A stretch of DNA of 64,000 nt from Alphaproteobacteria bacterium (GTDB lineage Bacteria > Pseudomonadota > Alphaproteobacteria > Rickettsiales > JABDBP01): positions 11,671 through 75,670 of the forward strand of contig JABDBP010000003.1 in the NCBI GenBank assembly GCA_013288565.1, read 5' to 3'. The notes beneath the pieces were generated by a model, which was not told the origin of the DNA, did no database searches, and saw only the letters and a list, made by a program, of their open reading frames with translations. Positions 54,366-63,740 of this stretch are shown piece after piece (within the stretch, counting starts at the first letter, position 1; each line of letters opens with the position of its first letter). Made by a program: the position numbers and the translations under genes.

Positions 54366-55202
54366 ATGAATTACTCCAAGCGTTTTCTTATCAAACCCGG
54401 CTCGAAAGTAAAACTTTCCTATATTGATCCTGATTTCAAAGACAAGCATGCGAGCAAAAAGGACGCCCTAAAAATCGTTGAACGCAATGACTTGCGGCTG
54501 CGCGAACTACAGGAGCTTTTATATGCGGAACATAAGCAATCGCTACTTATCTGTTTGCAGGCGATAGATACGGGTGGCAAAGACGGTAGCATACGGCATG
54601 TACTGGGTGCCATGAATCCGCAAGGTTGCAAAGTGGCTTCTTTCAAACAGCCAAACAGCCTGGAACTTGATCACGATTTTCTCTGGCGCGCTCACCGCGA
54701 TGTTCCGGCAAAAGGCGAAGTGACGGTTTTCAACCGTTCACATTATGAGGATGTACTGGTCGTGCGGATTCATAATCTAGTCCCCAAGTCCGTATGGATG
54801 AAACACTATGACCAGATTAATGCCATGGAAAAATACCTATCCGAGAATAATACCCACATCATCAAATTCTTCCTGCATATCAGCGAGGATGAACAGCTTA
54901 AGCGTTTCAAAGAAAGGCTGGATGACCCGTCGAAACATTGGAAGATCAGCGAGAACGACTACATCGAACGAAAACGATGGAATGATTATATGGCAGCGTT
55001 TGATGATATGCTTTCAAAATGCAGTACTAAATATGCTCCATGGTTTGTTATCCCGGCTAATCATAAATGGTTTCGCAATTTGGCGGTATCGCAGATCGTA
55101 GTGGAATATATGGAAGGGCTGAATATGAAATCGCCGCCACCTTCGGTTGATATCGATCAAATCCGCAAAAAATACCATGCGGCAAAAGGGGGTGGCGTCT
55201 AA
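54366..55202 (+). CDS. ppk2: Polyphosphate kinase 2 family protein
   Basis: The P-loop is QAIDTGGKDGSIRHV. The lid region is RSHYEDVLVVRIH. The 278-aa size fits a single-domain PPK2. Confidence 0.85.
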   Translation: MNYSKRFLIKPGSKVKLSYIDPDFKDKHASKKDALKIVERNDLRLRELQELLYAEHKQSLLICLQAIDTGGKDGSIRHVLGAMNPQGCKVASFKQPNSLELDHDFLWRAHRDVPAKGEVTVFNRSHYEDVLVVRIHNLVPKSVWMKHYDQINAMEKYLSENNTHIIKFFLHISEDEQLKRFKERLDDPSKHWKISENDYIERKRWNDYMAAFDDMLSKCSTKYAPWFVIPANHKWFRNLAVSQIVVEYMEGLNMKSPPPSVDIDQIRKKYHAAKGGGV

Positions 55203-55300
55203 TGCTGGCTGGCAATCAGTTGGCCGAGCGCTTCAAGTTCATGTTTGTTAAGATCTGATACAGTTTCAAAGGCCATATGGTCCTGCCGCCAGAAACATCG
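55199..55300 (-). pseudogene. Remnant of an anti-sigma factor paralogue (C-terminal ~30 codons only)
   Basis: The minus-strand translation WRQDHMAFETVSDLNKHELEALGQLIASQH* aligns with the end of the intact anti-sigma factor at 49596 (WQKNNMKFEAVSDLNRQELEAFAQMIISQH*). Nucleotide similarity is also visible. No upstream coding continuation exists. Confidence 0.65.
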
Positions 55301-55486
55301 CGGGCGGCAGACAACACTATAGATTAATATTTCCTGAACTATTTCTGATAGGTAAAATAGCTAACAGCGAAGAGCCAGTGCCGAAAAGCATAGCGCCGAG
55401 AATAGTGGATTATATGGCGTTATGGTGTACCAGCTTCTGAAAAAGCTGGATTCTTTCGGGTAAATTGCTTAGCAGTTATTTTTAAT

Positions 55487-57574
55487 ATGCTGCAGGAAGC
55501 GATAAGAAATTTTTATGCCGGGAATCTTGCCCAGGCGGAAATAATCACTGGCTCGCTTTTAAGAAGTGATCCCAATAACCCCGATGCTCTTCACTTGAAG
55601 GCAGCTATAGCCCTGCAGTTGGGGCAATTAAAAGAAGCGGAGAAACTACTTGAGGAAGCGCTGAAATACCGTGAGTCCGACCCGAACTTCTATAATACGC
55701 TGGCAACTATTTTACGCGGCCAGCGCAAATTCGAGGAAGCTACTAAAGCTTCGAAAAAAGCCATGGCGCTTATTCCGCGTAACCCACATTTCATTAATAA
55801 TCTCGGCCTTACCTACGTGGAAGAGGGTGACCATAAAAACGCGGAAATATGTTATAAGCAGGTTTTGCAGATTGCCCCGAATTTCGCCGAGAGTCTTATG
55901 AATCTGGGGATCTTGCGGATCAACGACTGGAGGTTGGAGGAAGCGCTAGAGTACTTGGATAAAGCAGCGCAACTGATGCCGGGCAATGCGCTCACATGGC
56001 ATAACCTTTCGTGCGCATACAGGTTCAAGCTTGATTTCGAAAACGCCATCATATTCGGTAAAAGGGCGCTGCAGATGGATCCCCGGCAAATCTCGATCTG
56101 GGCAGGCCTTGCCGAAACCTATTTCTTCCAGGGTGATTATGAAAATGCAGTAAAAATCTATGACGAGGCAATAAAAAGTTTTCCAAACCATTGCGGCCTC
56201 AGAGTGCAGCGGGCTTGCATAATGCCGCATATACTGGAATCGAATGAGCAAATCGATAAGCTGCGTGCCGAATTTTCCTTAAGGATCGATGAAATGACTA
56301 GGTGCGGGGTAAAACTAGACAACACTAATTATATAATATTGCCATTCTACCAAGGTTATCACGGACGCGACAATAAGGAATTCATGATAAAACTCAGGGA
56401 GTTCTTCCGCCAGGCCATGCCCGTATTGAATTACGTGGCGCCGCACTCAAAAAAACCTAAAAGGCGTAAAGATGGCAAGATCAAGATCGGAATAATATCA
56501 AAATACCTTTTCGATCATGCAATCGGCACGTTTTATAGGCCATTGATCTACGGTTTGGCTGAGAATCCAAGATTCGAGGTCGTTCCCGTAATCATCTCCA
56601 CCCGGCAGGATGAGGAAAGAAAGGCATTTGAGAAACGCATAAAGGTGCTAAACGTGCCGACAATTCTCGACAAAGCCATCAAAGCCATAGCAGATGAGGA
56701 ATTCGATATCATCCTGCATCTTGAAGTAGGGCTAGATTTATTTCCATATCTTCTGGCAAGTATGCGATTTGCGCCGATCCAATGCGTGATGGCCGGCGGT
56801 CACCCTATAACTTCCGGACTCGATACTTTGGATTACACCCTATCCAGCAAATTAATCGAGCCGGAAAACGGCCATGAGCATTATGTCGAAAAAATGGTAC
56901 CGTTTAACCGATTCCCTTTCGCATTTAAAATGCCGAAGGTGCCGGAGGGCAATAAAAGCCGGAAGGAATTAAACTTGCCGGAAGGCAGGCTGTACGCCTG
57001 CCCAGTTTTCCTGTTCCGCATCCATCCGGACATGGACCCGATATTCATTAAAATCCTGGATCATGATGAAAAGGCCAAGATAATCCTGTTCGATAGCGAG
57101 AACAGGCACAAGTGGAAGGAACTGTTGGAAAAAAGATTTGATAAAACTGTTCCGGCGCATCTTAGGGATCGAGTGATTATCGTTCCTTTCGCCAAAGGCG
57201 ATAATTTAATAATGTCACTACGCCATATGGACGCTATACTGGATGCTTTCCATTTCTCGATGGGCACCACAGCCTATAAGATTTTCGCGGACGGCATGCC
57301 AATAGTTACTTGGCCCGGAGAATTCATGCGCGGCCGCGCTTCCTACGCTCTTTACCAGATGATGGGGATAATGGATGTCGTTGCCAGGGATCACTACGAT
57401 TTCGCCGAAATTGCGGTTCGCATTGCTACTGACAAAAAATTCCGGGAGGAGATTTCGGAAAAAATAAAAGCAAAATCCCACCTGCTTTTTGATGACGATC
57501 CTGCCACAGACGAAGTGACGAATTTTTTCATCGATATTTATGAAAAGACATTTCCAAATGAGGAAAGAGTTTAA
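55487..57574 (+). CDS. TPR-repeat protein with C-terminal O-GlcNAc-transferase-like (GT41/SPINDLY-type) domain
   Basis: There are about 7 TPR units in the first ~250 aa (for example AEICYKQVLQIAPNFAESLMNLG). The C-terminal region has the typical HYVEKMVPF.. and NKSRKELNLPEG.. segments of bacterial GT41-like proteins. Confidence 0.7.
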   Translation: MLQEAIRNFYAGNLAQAEIITGSLLRSDPNNPDALHLKAAIALQLGQLKEAEKLLEEALKYRESDPNFYNTLATILRGQRKFEEATKASKKAMALIPRNPHFINNLGLTYVEEGDHKNAEICYKQVLQIAPNFAESLMNLGILRINDWRLEEALEYLDKAAQLMPGNALTWHNLSCAYRFKLDFENAIIFGKRALQMDPRQISIWAGLAETYFFQGDYENAVKIYDEAIKSFPNHCGLRVQRACIMPHILESNEQIDKLRAEFSLRIDEMTRCGVKLDNTNYIILPFYQGYHGRDNKEFMIKLREFFRQAMPVLNYVAPHSKKPKRRKDGKIKIGIISKYLFDHAIGTFYRPLIYGLAENPRFEVVPVIISTRQDEERKAFEKRIKVLNVPTILDKAIKAIADEEFDIILHLEVGLDLFPYLLASMRFAPIQCVMAGGHPITSGLDTLDYTLSSKLIEPENGHEHYVEKMVPFNRFPFAFKMPKVPEGNKSRKELNLPEGRLYACPVFLFRIHPDMDPIFIKILDHDEKAKIILFDSENRHKWKELLEKRFDKTVPAHLRDRVIIVPFAKGDNLIMSLRHMDAILDAFHFSMGTTAYKIFADGMPIVTWPGEFMRGRASYALYQMMGIMDVVARDHYDFAEIAVRIATDKKFREEISEKIKAKSHLLFDDDPATDEVTNFFIDIYEKTFPNEERV

Positions 57575-57592
57575 AGTGCTAAATCGCCTGAT

Positions 57593-58165
57593 TTAACATT
57601 TAGATTTCATAAATTCTTTTTCCAGCTTTAATAAGTCCTTGCTGCGCGGCTTGATGAACTTTGCCGGTACTCCGCCATAAATTCCCCATTTGGCCAGGGA
57701 TTCTGTTACCAGCGAACAAGCCCCGACAGCAACGCCCTCTTCCAGCGTCACACCAGGCAACACAACACTATTGGCGCCGATTATGGCGTGGCGCGATATT
57801 TTAACCGGAGCTTTGGTCACATTCGTATATTTTTCAGGAATCGTCGGGTGCGCCATCGCCTTACCGGAAAAATCATCCGATGCGGTATAAATCCTGACGC
57901 CCGACGAAACGCCCGAGAATTCTTCTAATACTAATTCGGCCTTGGCGGTGATCGAACCGTGATTTGCCACATGCACATAATCGCCGATATAAACCAGGCC
58001 AGAGGCCGAAATCACATTAAAATCATCGATGCGGCAAAAATCTCCCAGAGTTATGTTTTCAGCACCATAAATGCTGGCAAGGCGGCTTAACTTTACGTCA
58101 CGGCCAATCTTTTTGAAGCCGATTTTATTCAGCTCTTCCCTGGTTAAAAATCCGCCTTGCAACAT
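57593..58165 (-). CDS. Left-handed beta-helix (hexapeptide repeat) acyl/acetyltransferase
   Basis: Hexapeptide-type repeats are ISRHAIIGANSVVLPGVTLEEGVAVGACSLV. Confidence 0.8.
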   Translation of the reverse strand: MLQGGFLTREELNKIGFKKIGRDVKLSRLASIYGAENITLGDFCRIDDFNVISASGLVYIGDYVHVANHGSITAKAELVLEEFSGVSSGVRIYTASDDFSGKAMAHPTIPEKYTNVTKAPVKISRHAIIGANSVVLPGVTLEEGVAVGACSLVTESLAKWGIYGGVPAKFIKPRSKDLLKLEKEFMKSKC

Positions 58166-58242
58166 AAAATTCTCCTGAATTAATTATTCATAAATGATAT
58201 TATGGATTTTTATTCCTCGGATTTGTGGTTTATCGAAAAGGG

Positions 58243-59121
58243 CTATTTCCAGTAATCGACAAAACCTTCCTTGAAAATATAATGATAAAATTCGCCTTTA
58301 TTTCTTTTGTTGGCTTGTTCTATTGCAGGCTTGATAGCCTCCGCCGGCTGTTTGAACCAAAACCACAAACGCGAGGCAACGTTATATATTGAGCAGGTGT
58401 ATCCTTTTTGCTCGAATAGAATCTGCATGGCCATATTGGTATAAAAAGAACAATGAACAGACAGTAAATAGAACCATTCAGTATCATGCGGGATATTCTC
58501 CATCACTAAAGTGTGGATGCCCATCACGCCGTTTTTGCTCATCAGGTCAAACAGCCCGTCGAGCGCGGCGCGGGAGCGCAAATGCTCCATAACTGAAGTA
58601 TTGAGGAGAAAAGAAAATCGGCCTGGTCTTAATCCCTCATCTGAAAGATAATCCTTCCGGTTGCTGCTATGCTCATATTTATTAAAATCGAGATTAAATC
58701 TCTGTTTTAATGCATCGGCAAGTTTACCGTCACCGGCTCCGTAATCAAGCCAGTCACCAGCCGGTAACAATCCAAGTTCTGCAATATCACCAATTATATT
58801 TGCCTGATTATTGAGGCGTTCCATCCAACGCGGATCCTCCGGATTAAAATCACTGCCCTGGTATAGTGAGACCCATTTTTGATTGAGGTTTTCCCATTCT
58901 GCATCTGTCATCTCATAGTGGGTTTTGGATATAACGAAACCACAATTCACGCATTTTACATAATCAATCTTTCCCAGATCAAACTGGATAAAATTTTTGC
59001 TTAAAAAAGGTTTTGTTGGGCTGTTACAGATGACACAATTCATTTGATAGTGTAGGTTAAACTTAAGATAATGAGAAATCAAGCCTGGTTCTGTTCCTAT
59101 AGTCATTATGAATTCTGCCAT
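58243..59121 (-). CDS. Class I SAM-dependent methyltransferase with N-terminal Cys4 zinc ribbon
   Basis: The zinc ribbon reads CVICNSP...CVNCGF. Motif I-like sequence is WLDYGAGDGKLA. Confidence 0.65.
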   Translation of the reverse strand: MAEFIMTIGTEPGLISHYLKFNLHYQMNCVICNSPTKPFLSKNFIQFDLGKIDYVKCVNCGFVISKTHYEMTDAEWENLNQKWVSLYQGSDFNPEDPRWMERLNNQANIIGDIAELGLLPAGDWLDYGAGDGKLADALKQRFNLDFNKYEHSSNRKDYLSDEGLRPGRFSFLLNTSVMEHLRSRAALDGLFDLMSKNGVMGIHTLVMENIPHDTEWFYLLSVHCSFYTNMAMQILFEQKGYTCSIYNVASRLWFWFKQPAEAIKPAIEQANKRNKGEFYHYIFKEGFVDYWK

Positions 59122-59124
59122 TAG

Positions 59125-59335
59125 TCAATTTTTCCATGCCGCTAGGAGAAGCCCGCAAAGCGATGCGGCTCCATCGGTTCAGGGCTTCGACGCCGCGGAT
59201 GGAAAAATTGACATGGCCCGTAGGGTTGTGCGAAAATAGCCAGCCACTGCGTCGAAAGGCTTGACCGATGATCCACATCGCTCTTCGCCTTTCTCCTTTT
59301 ATCTGGCTATTTTTTCTACAACAGAATTTCATAAG
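59125..59335. mobile_element. MITE-like palindromic repeat element, diverged copy 3
   Basis: This copy shares gggttgtgcgaaaa...gcgtcgaaaggcttgaccgatgatccacatcgctcttcgcctttctcc with the copy at 63456. It has internal inverted repeats (gtcaatttttccat / atggaaaaattgac, and ggagaagcccgc.. / ..gcctttctcc). It lies between divergent genes. The ends are approximate. Confidence 0.55.
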
Positions 59336-59355
59336 GACTATAGGAACAGAACCTA

Positions 59356-61146
59356 GTGAAGTTTACTCCGCTACAGCCCCTGGAAATTTATGTGTCTCAT
59401 AGCGAAAGCCATAGAGTCTCATTGAAGAAATATTCCTCCGGTATCAATAGCACGCCGCACGTATTTTTTAAGAAAGATGAGAACGGCAATGTTCCCTGGG
59501 TGGTAACCAGGGTTTGCGATCATGCCAAAGGCCAGCTCCGGCTGTGCCATGATGATCCTACCAAGGCCATCTGCCCGATGCACAATTGGGAATTTGATTT
59601 TAAAACCTTGTCATATTCGAAAATCCCCAATCAGAAATTTGAGCATATTGTTAAAAAGCCGATACCGTTTTCAATCAAAGATGATTTACTTACCTACCAG
59701 ATTAATCAATTAAATTTACGTGTCCCTCAGGAACTGTCTGCCAAAAACACCAGAAAAACCTCAGTAAAGCTCAGATTTATTACTCACGCTTCTGTATCTT
59801 TAACGATGGATGATATAAATTTTGTAACTGACCCATGGTTCTTCGGTGAATGTCTTGCCAGTGGCTGGTGGCTAAAATATCCACCCAAGCAGGATGCATT
59901 GGATTTGTTGGAATGTGCGAATTTTCTTTATATTTCCCATAATCACCCCGACCACATGCATGCTGAAACCCTAAAACATGTGGCGCGCGATAAGTCTATA
60001 ATTGTGCCCAAGTTTAAAACGAATTCAGTGGCAAATCCCCTGCGCCATATGGGTTTTTCCAATATTATTGAATTGGAACTTTTGCGGCTTTACCGGGTGG
60101 GTGACAGCGATATGCTAATCAGTATCCTGCCAACAGGGGATCACAGGGATGATAGCGCCCTGTTCGTGGTGAAGGGCGATGCCAGCGCAGTCTTTACCGT
60201 GGATTGTATAGGCGCCAATCACTATATATTGCCCAGGGATATCACCTTTCTGTTAACTAATTTTGCCAGCGGGGCATCCGGCTGGCCTTTATGTTTTGAA
60301 GTGCTAGGGCCATTATCCGAACGTGACAAGATCGTCGCCAAAAACCGGGGCAATGCACTGATTGAGGTCATGAAATACATAGACGTCACCCGACCGAGGA
60401 TTTACTTGCCATACGCCGGCTATTTTGATGAAAAAGCACCGCGTGACAGCATGATCCAGCAGCATAATATCAAAAATACCCCGCAGCAGGTTTTAGAAAA
60501 AATTAAGGCACGCTTCCCGGACGTGACAGCAGTGAATCCCATAGAAAATGACTGTGTTGAGTATCAGGATGCTGAAATACGACTCTCTACAGTCGATAAA
60601 CCGCCGCTTTATATTACCGATGAGGATTACATTGATAAATATGTGGGTGCTCAGAAAGAATTGCTTAAGAAATTTGATATTCATAAAGTGGCGGATTATT
60701 TTTGCCAATCAGAATTTCGGGATAAATTGATATTATACCTAGCACTGACAGATGATGATTATATTCCGTTGGATGATGGACTGAAAATAGATTTTTTTAC
60801 CAATCCAGTCGCATATGAAGTGAGTGCAAGCAAAACGTTGGTGGATCAATTCAATGAGATTGGCGACCTTGCCGGCATGCATCATTTATTGATCAAGGCC
60901 CGCAAAGACAGCCTTTGGCATATTGTCTATTACGGATTGCCGCTGGAAGAACTATCCTTAGGGTTTCAATGCCGGATTGACCGCAAGCCCGATCAGCATA
61001 ATGCGGACTTCTGGAAACATTATACCACCTATGAAGTGCCAAGCCTGAAACACGGTGAGGAAAGGCTGTTTTATAAATTGCTTGAAGGATATGATGAAAG
61101 CGGATCAGGGAAAAATAATGCTGAGGATATTTACAAAAAATCTTGA
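59356..61146 (+). CDS. Rieske [2Fe-2S] domain fused to a metallo-beta-lactamase fold (CMP-Neu5Ac hydroxylase-like architecture)
   Basis: The Rieske motif is CDH-x16-CPMH (VCDHAKGQLRLCHDDPTKAICPMHNWEF). The MBL motif is ISHNHPDH (HxHxDH). The start codon is GTG. Confidence 0.65.
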   Translation: MKFTPLQPLEIYVSHSESHRVSLKKYSSGINSTPHVFFKKDENGNVPWVVTRVCDHAKGQLRLCHDDPTKAICPMHNWEFDFKTLSYSKIPNQKFEHIVKKPIPFSIKDDLLTYQINQLNLRVPQELSAKNTRKTSVKLRFITHASVSLTMDDINFVTDPWFFGECLASGWWLKYPPKQDALDLLECANFLYISHNHPDHMHAETLKHVARDKSIIVPKFKTNSVANPLRHMGFSNIIELELLRLYRVGDSDMLISILPTGDHRDDSALFVVKGDASAVFTVDCIGANHYILPRDITFLLTNFASGASGWPLCFEVLGPLSERDKIVAKNRGNALIEVMKYIDVTRPRIYLPYAGYFDEKAPRDSMIQQHNIKNTPQQVLEKIKARFPDVTAVNPIENDCVEYQDAEIRLSTVDKPPLYITDEDYIDKYVGAQKELLKKFDIHKVADYFCQSEFRDKLILYLALTDDDYIPLDDGLKIDFFTNPVAYEVSASKTLVDQFNEIGDLAGMHHLLIKARKDSLWHIVYYGLPLEELSLGFQCRIDRKPDQHNADFWKHYTTYEVPSLKHGEERLFYKLLEGYDESGSGKNNAEDIYKKS

Positions 61147-61255
61147 GCGCAAATTCCAGGAAGTTTGGTGAGAATATTGCAACAATAATCCAGCCAAGAG
61201 TTACTGGCCCGTACAACAAACGGATGACTATTGACCGCCAATCTGTTACAGGAGT

Positions 61256-61750
61256 ATGACAAAAGAGATGGAAAAAGCATCGATAACCGTAAAGAAATAC
61301 CCCAACCGGCGGCTTTACCGCACCGACAAGAGCAAATACATCACGCTTGAGGATCTGGCGACGATGGTGAAAAACGGTGAGGAATTCACTGTGGTTGACG
61401 CAAAAACCAAAGAGGATATCACGCGCTCGATATTGGTGCAGATAATATTCGAGCAGGAGTCTAAAGGTGACGCAAACATCCTGCCGGTCAACTTCCTAAA
61501 AAAGCTGATCGGGTTTTACGGCGATAACCTAACCTCCGTTCTGCCCGGCTACCTGGAGGCCAGCATGGAAGCATTCACCCGCAACCAGGAAAAAATGCAA
61601 GAATTCGTAAAAACCAACCTGGATGGGCTTTTCCCGCTGCAACGGCTAGAGGAACTCCGCAAGCAGAATATGGAGATGATCACCAAGAGCATGGAACTGA
61701 TGAGCCAGTGGAATCCGGTCGTCGGTTATTGGAAGGATAAGGGAAAGTAG
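61256..61750 (+). CDS. phaR: Polyhydroxyalkanoate synthesis repressor PhaR
   Basis: The N-terminal signature is ITVKKYPNRRLYRTDKSKYITLEDLATMVKNGEEF. Confidence 0.9.
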   Translation: MTKEMEKASITVKKYPNRRLYRTDKSKYITLEDLATMVKNGEEFTVVDAKTKEDITRSILVQIIFEQESKGDANILPVNFLKKLIGFYGDNLTSVLPGYLEASMEAFTRNQEKMQEFVKTNLDGLFPLQRLEELRKQNMEMITKSMELMSQWNPVVGYWKDKGK

Positions 61751-61864
61751 TGGCAGCAGAATACTTTCTGCTATAATTCAGCACGACAAAACAAGTAAAT
61801 TTGCAGGTTGCTAAAATTTTTAATAAACCATCTCCGCCCTTGCGGCGGGAGGATTTAATGGTAC

Positions 61865-62488
61865 CTAACCGTGTGCGGAATTATAGTCCTTCACCATGCC
61901 ATCTAGCTTGGTGATGAGGCTATCGAAGCCTTCCCGTGAAATCACCGAGCCGAATTCCGAGCGCTGGGTGTTGATCAGGCTCACGCCCTCGACGATTATA
62001 TCCACTATTTTAAGCGCCCCGCCTTTCCCGGCGAGCCGGTAATCCACCCGCACCGATTCCTGGTTCGGCCGTAAAATTTCGGTCTGCACCACATATTCGG
62101 AATCACCTTCCGCCCTAGCGGCGGTTATCTGGAATTTCTCCCCGGTATATTGGCGGAATTTTGGCACATAGCTTTCGAGGACGTATTGCCGGTAGAGATC
62201 TTTGTATTTCTTCAATTGGGCGGGCGTAGCCTGGCGGTAATAATGGCCGAGCACGAACCGGCTCATCCATTCAGTATCAACCGTCTGGTTAAAAATGCCG
62301 ATGAGTTTCTTTTCCTTGGCGTCGTCGGACTGCGATTTGTTGCTGATGATGACAAGCACCTGGTTGCCAACATCCTGGACGTATTTTTTTGCGCTGTCAG
62401 TTTGGGCGAAAGCAGGAAAGGAGAGGAAAATCGCAACCGTCGCAAATGCCGCCAGCGGCAGGAATTTTGATTTAGACAGGATGTTCAT
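61865..62488 (-). CDS. mlaC: MlaC (Ttg2D/toluene tolerance) periplasmic lipid-binding protein
   Basis: The protein has a signal peptide. The segment MSRFVLGHYYRQATPAQLKKYKDLYRQYVLESYVPKF fits the MlaC pattern. Confidence 0.8.
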   Translation of the reverse strand: MNILSKSKFLPLAAFATVAIFLSFPAFAQTDSAKKYVQDVGNQVLVIISNKSQSDDAKEKKLIGIFNQTVDTEWMSRFVLGHYYRQATPAQLKKYKDLYRQYVLESYVPKFRQYTGEKFQITAARAEGDSEYVVQTEILRPNQESVRVDYRLAGKGGALKIVDIIVEGVSLINTQRSEFGSVISREGFDSLITKLDGMVKDYNSAHG

Positions 62489-62546
62489 ATATTCTGGAAG
62501 AATATATAACGGGTACGGAATTAAAAATAAAGAGGTTATTTAACGT

Positions 62547-63323
62547 TTATTTGAACGCCGACAGATCATTGGATTTCACCCCGTTGCCATCACCTTTCAG
62601 CATATCATACCGCCGCTGCGCGTAGCCGCTGCGATATGTGGCGTAAGGGTCGAGCGAGACTTTATCCACCGTATCGGTGAAGTCGAGTGCTGCCGCGCGC
62701 CCGCTCACTATCCGGCCCGAATCAAGGACGTAAGGAACATAATCGTAATCGCTTGGCAGATAATTCAGTGGATCGAAGAACAAATCGACCACCATTCCCG
62801 TGCCGTCGCGCAGGGAGGATGGTCCTAGTATCGGCAGTACTAGGTAGGTGCCGTGATCTAGGCCGTAATGGCCTAGGGTCAGCCCGAAATCCTCTTTCTT
62901 GGAATGCATTCCGACTTGGCTGCCGACATCGAAAAACCCGCCCAAGCCCAGCGTTGAATTTATGCAGAACCGCCAGAAGGTGGCGAATGAATTTTCCATA
63001 TCGCCTTGCAGCAAAGAGTTGGCAAGCACAATCGGCGATGCGAGGTTTCTTAAGAAACGCCCGGTCGCGGCTCGGCCCTGCTCCGGCACTATATCCTTAT
63101 AGGCGCTAGCTATTGGATGCAGCAATATCCGGTCGGCAAAACGGTTGAATTCGAATATGCCGCGGTTTATTGGCTCCAGGTAATCTGCCATATCCTGGCC
63201 TTGAGCGTAATAATTGGTTTCTGGCACTGGAGCCGGCGCATGTGCCGCGTATGATGACAAAGGTGCGAAAGCCGCTATAATGAATGCCACCAGAAAAAAA
63301 AGGCCGGAGAGAAATTTGTTCAT
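62547..63323 (-). CDS. mlaA: MlaA/VacJ outer-membrane lipoprotein
   Basis: PINRGIFEFNRFADRILLHPIASAYKDIVP...FLRNLASPIVLANSLLQGD is typical of VacJ. Confidence 0.85.
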   Translation of the reverse strand: MNKFLSGLFFLVAFIIAAFAPLSSYAAHAPAPVPETNYYAQGQDMADYLEPINRGIFEFNRFADRILLHPIASAYKDIVPEQGRAATGRFLRNLASPIVLANSLLQGDMENSFATFWRFCINSTLGLGGFFDVGSQVGMHSKKEDFGLTLGHYGLDHGTYLVLPILGPSSLRDGTGMVVDLFFDPLNYLPSDYDYVPYVLDSGRIVSGRAAALDFTDTVDKVSLDPYATYRSGYAQRRYDMLKGDGNGVKSNDLSAFK

Positions 63324-63455
63324 TTGATTATCATCGAAAATATTTTATACCCAAGCCTATTATACTAGAACATCCTTAACAACAACTTAATTAACTAAGC
63401 AATACCAGGAAAATTATCATAAAAGTGCAAGATGTGTTTTTATAAATTTCAGAGG

Positions 63456-63730
63456 GTTAGGCACTGTTAGCACATTATTTAAGTGATTGCGAAAGAAGGA
63501 TTTTTTATGGAAAAAAGAAGAAAATTTGAACAGCGTATCGGCAATACGGTGGAGAATTTTCTTCTTTTTTCCATAAAAAAGCATCTTTCCCCTTCGGGTT
63601 GTGCAAAAAAGCTTTGCCGCGGCGTCGCAAGGCTTGCCCGATGGTTCCACATCGCGCTGCGCCTTACTCCTAGAGGAAAAAGCTTTTTTGCTACAACGCA
63701 ATACTCAAATAATGTGTTAACAGTGCCTAA
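63456..63730. mobile_element. MITE-like palindromic repeat element, copy 2 (~275 bp)
   Basis: The ~36-bp terminal inverted repeats are gttaggcactgttagcacattatttaagtgattgcg and cgcaatactcaaataatgtgttaacagtgcctaa. An internal 26-bp hairpin is ttttttatggaaaaaagaagaaaatt / aattttcttcttttttccataaaaaa. The core is shared with copies 1 and 3. Confidence 0.7.
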
Positions 63731-63740
63731 GAGGTTATAA

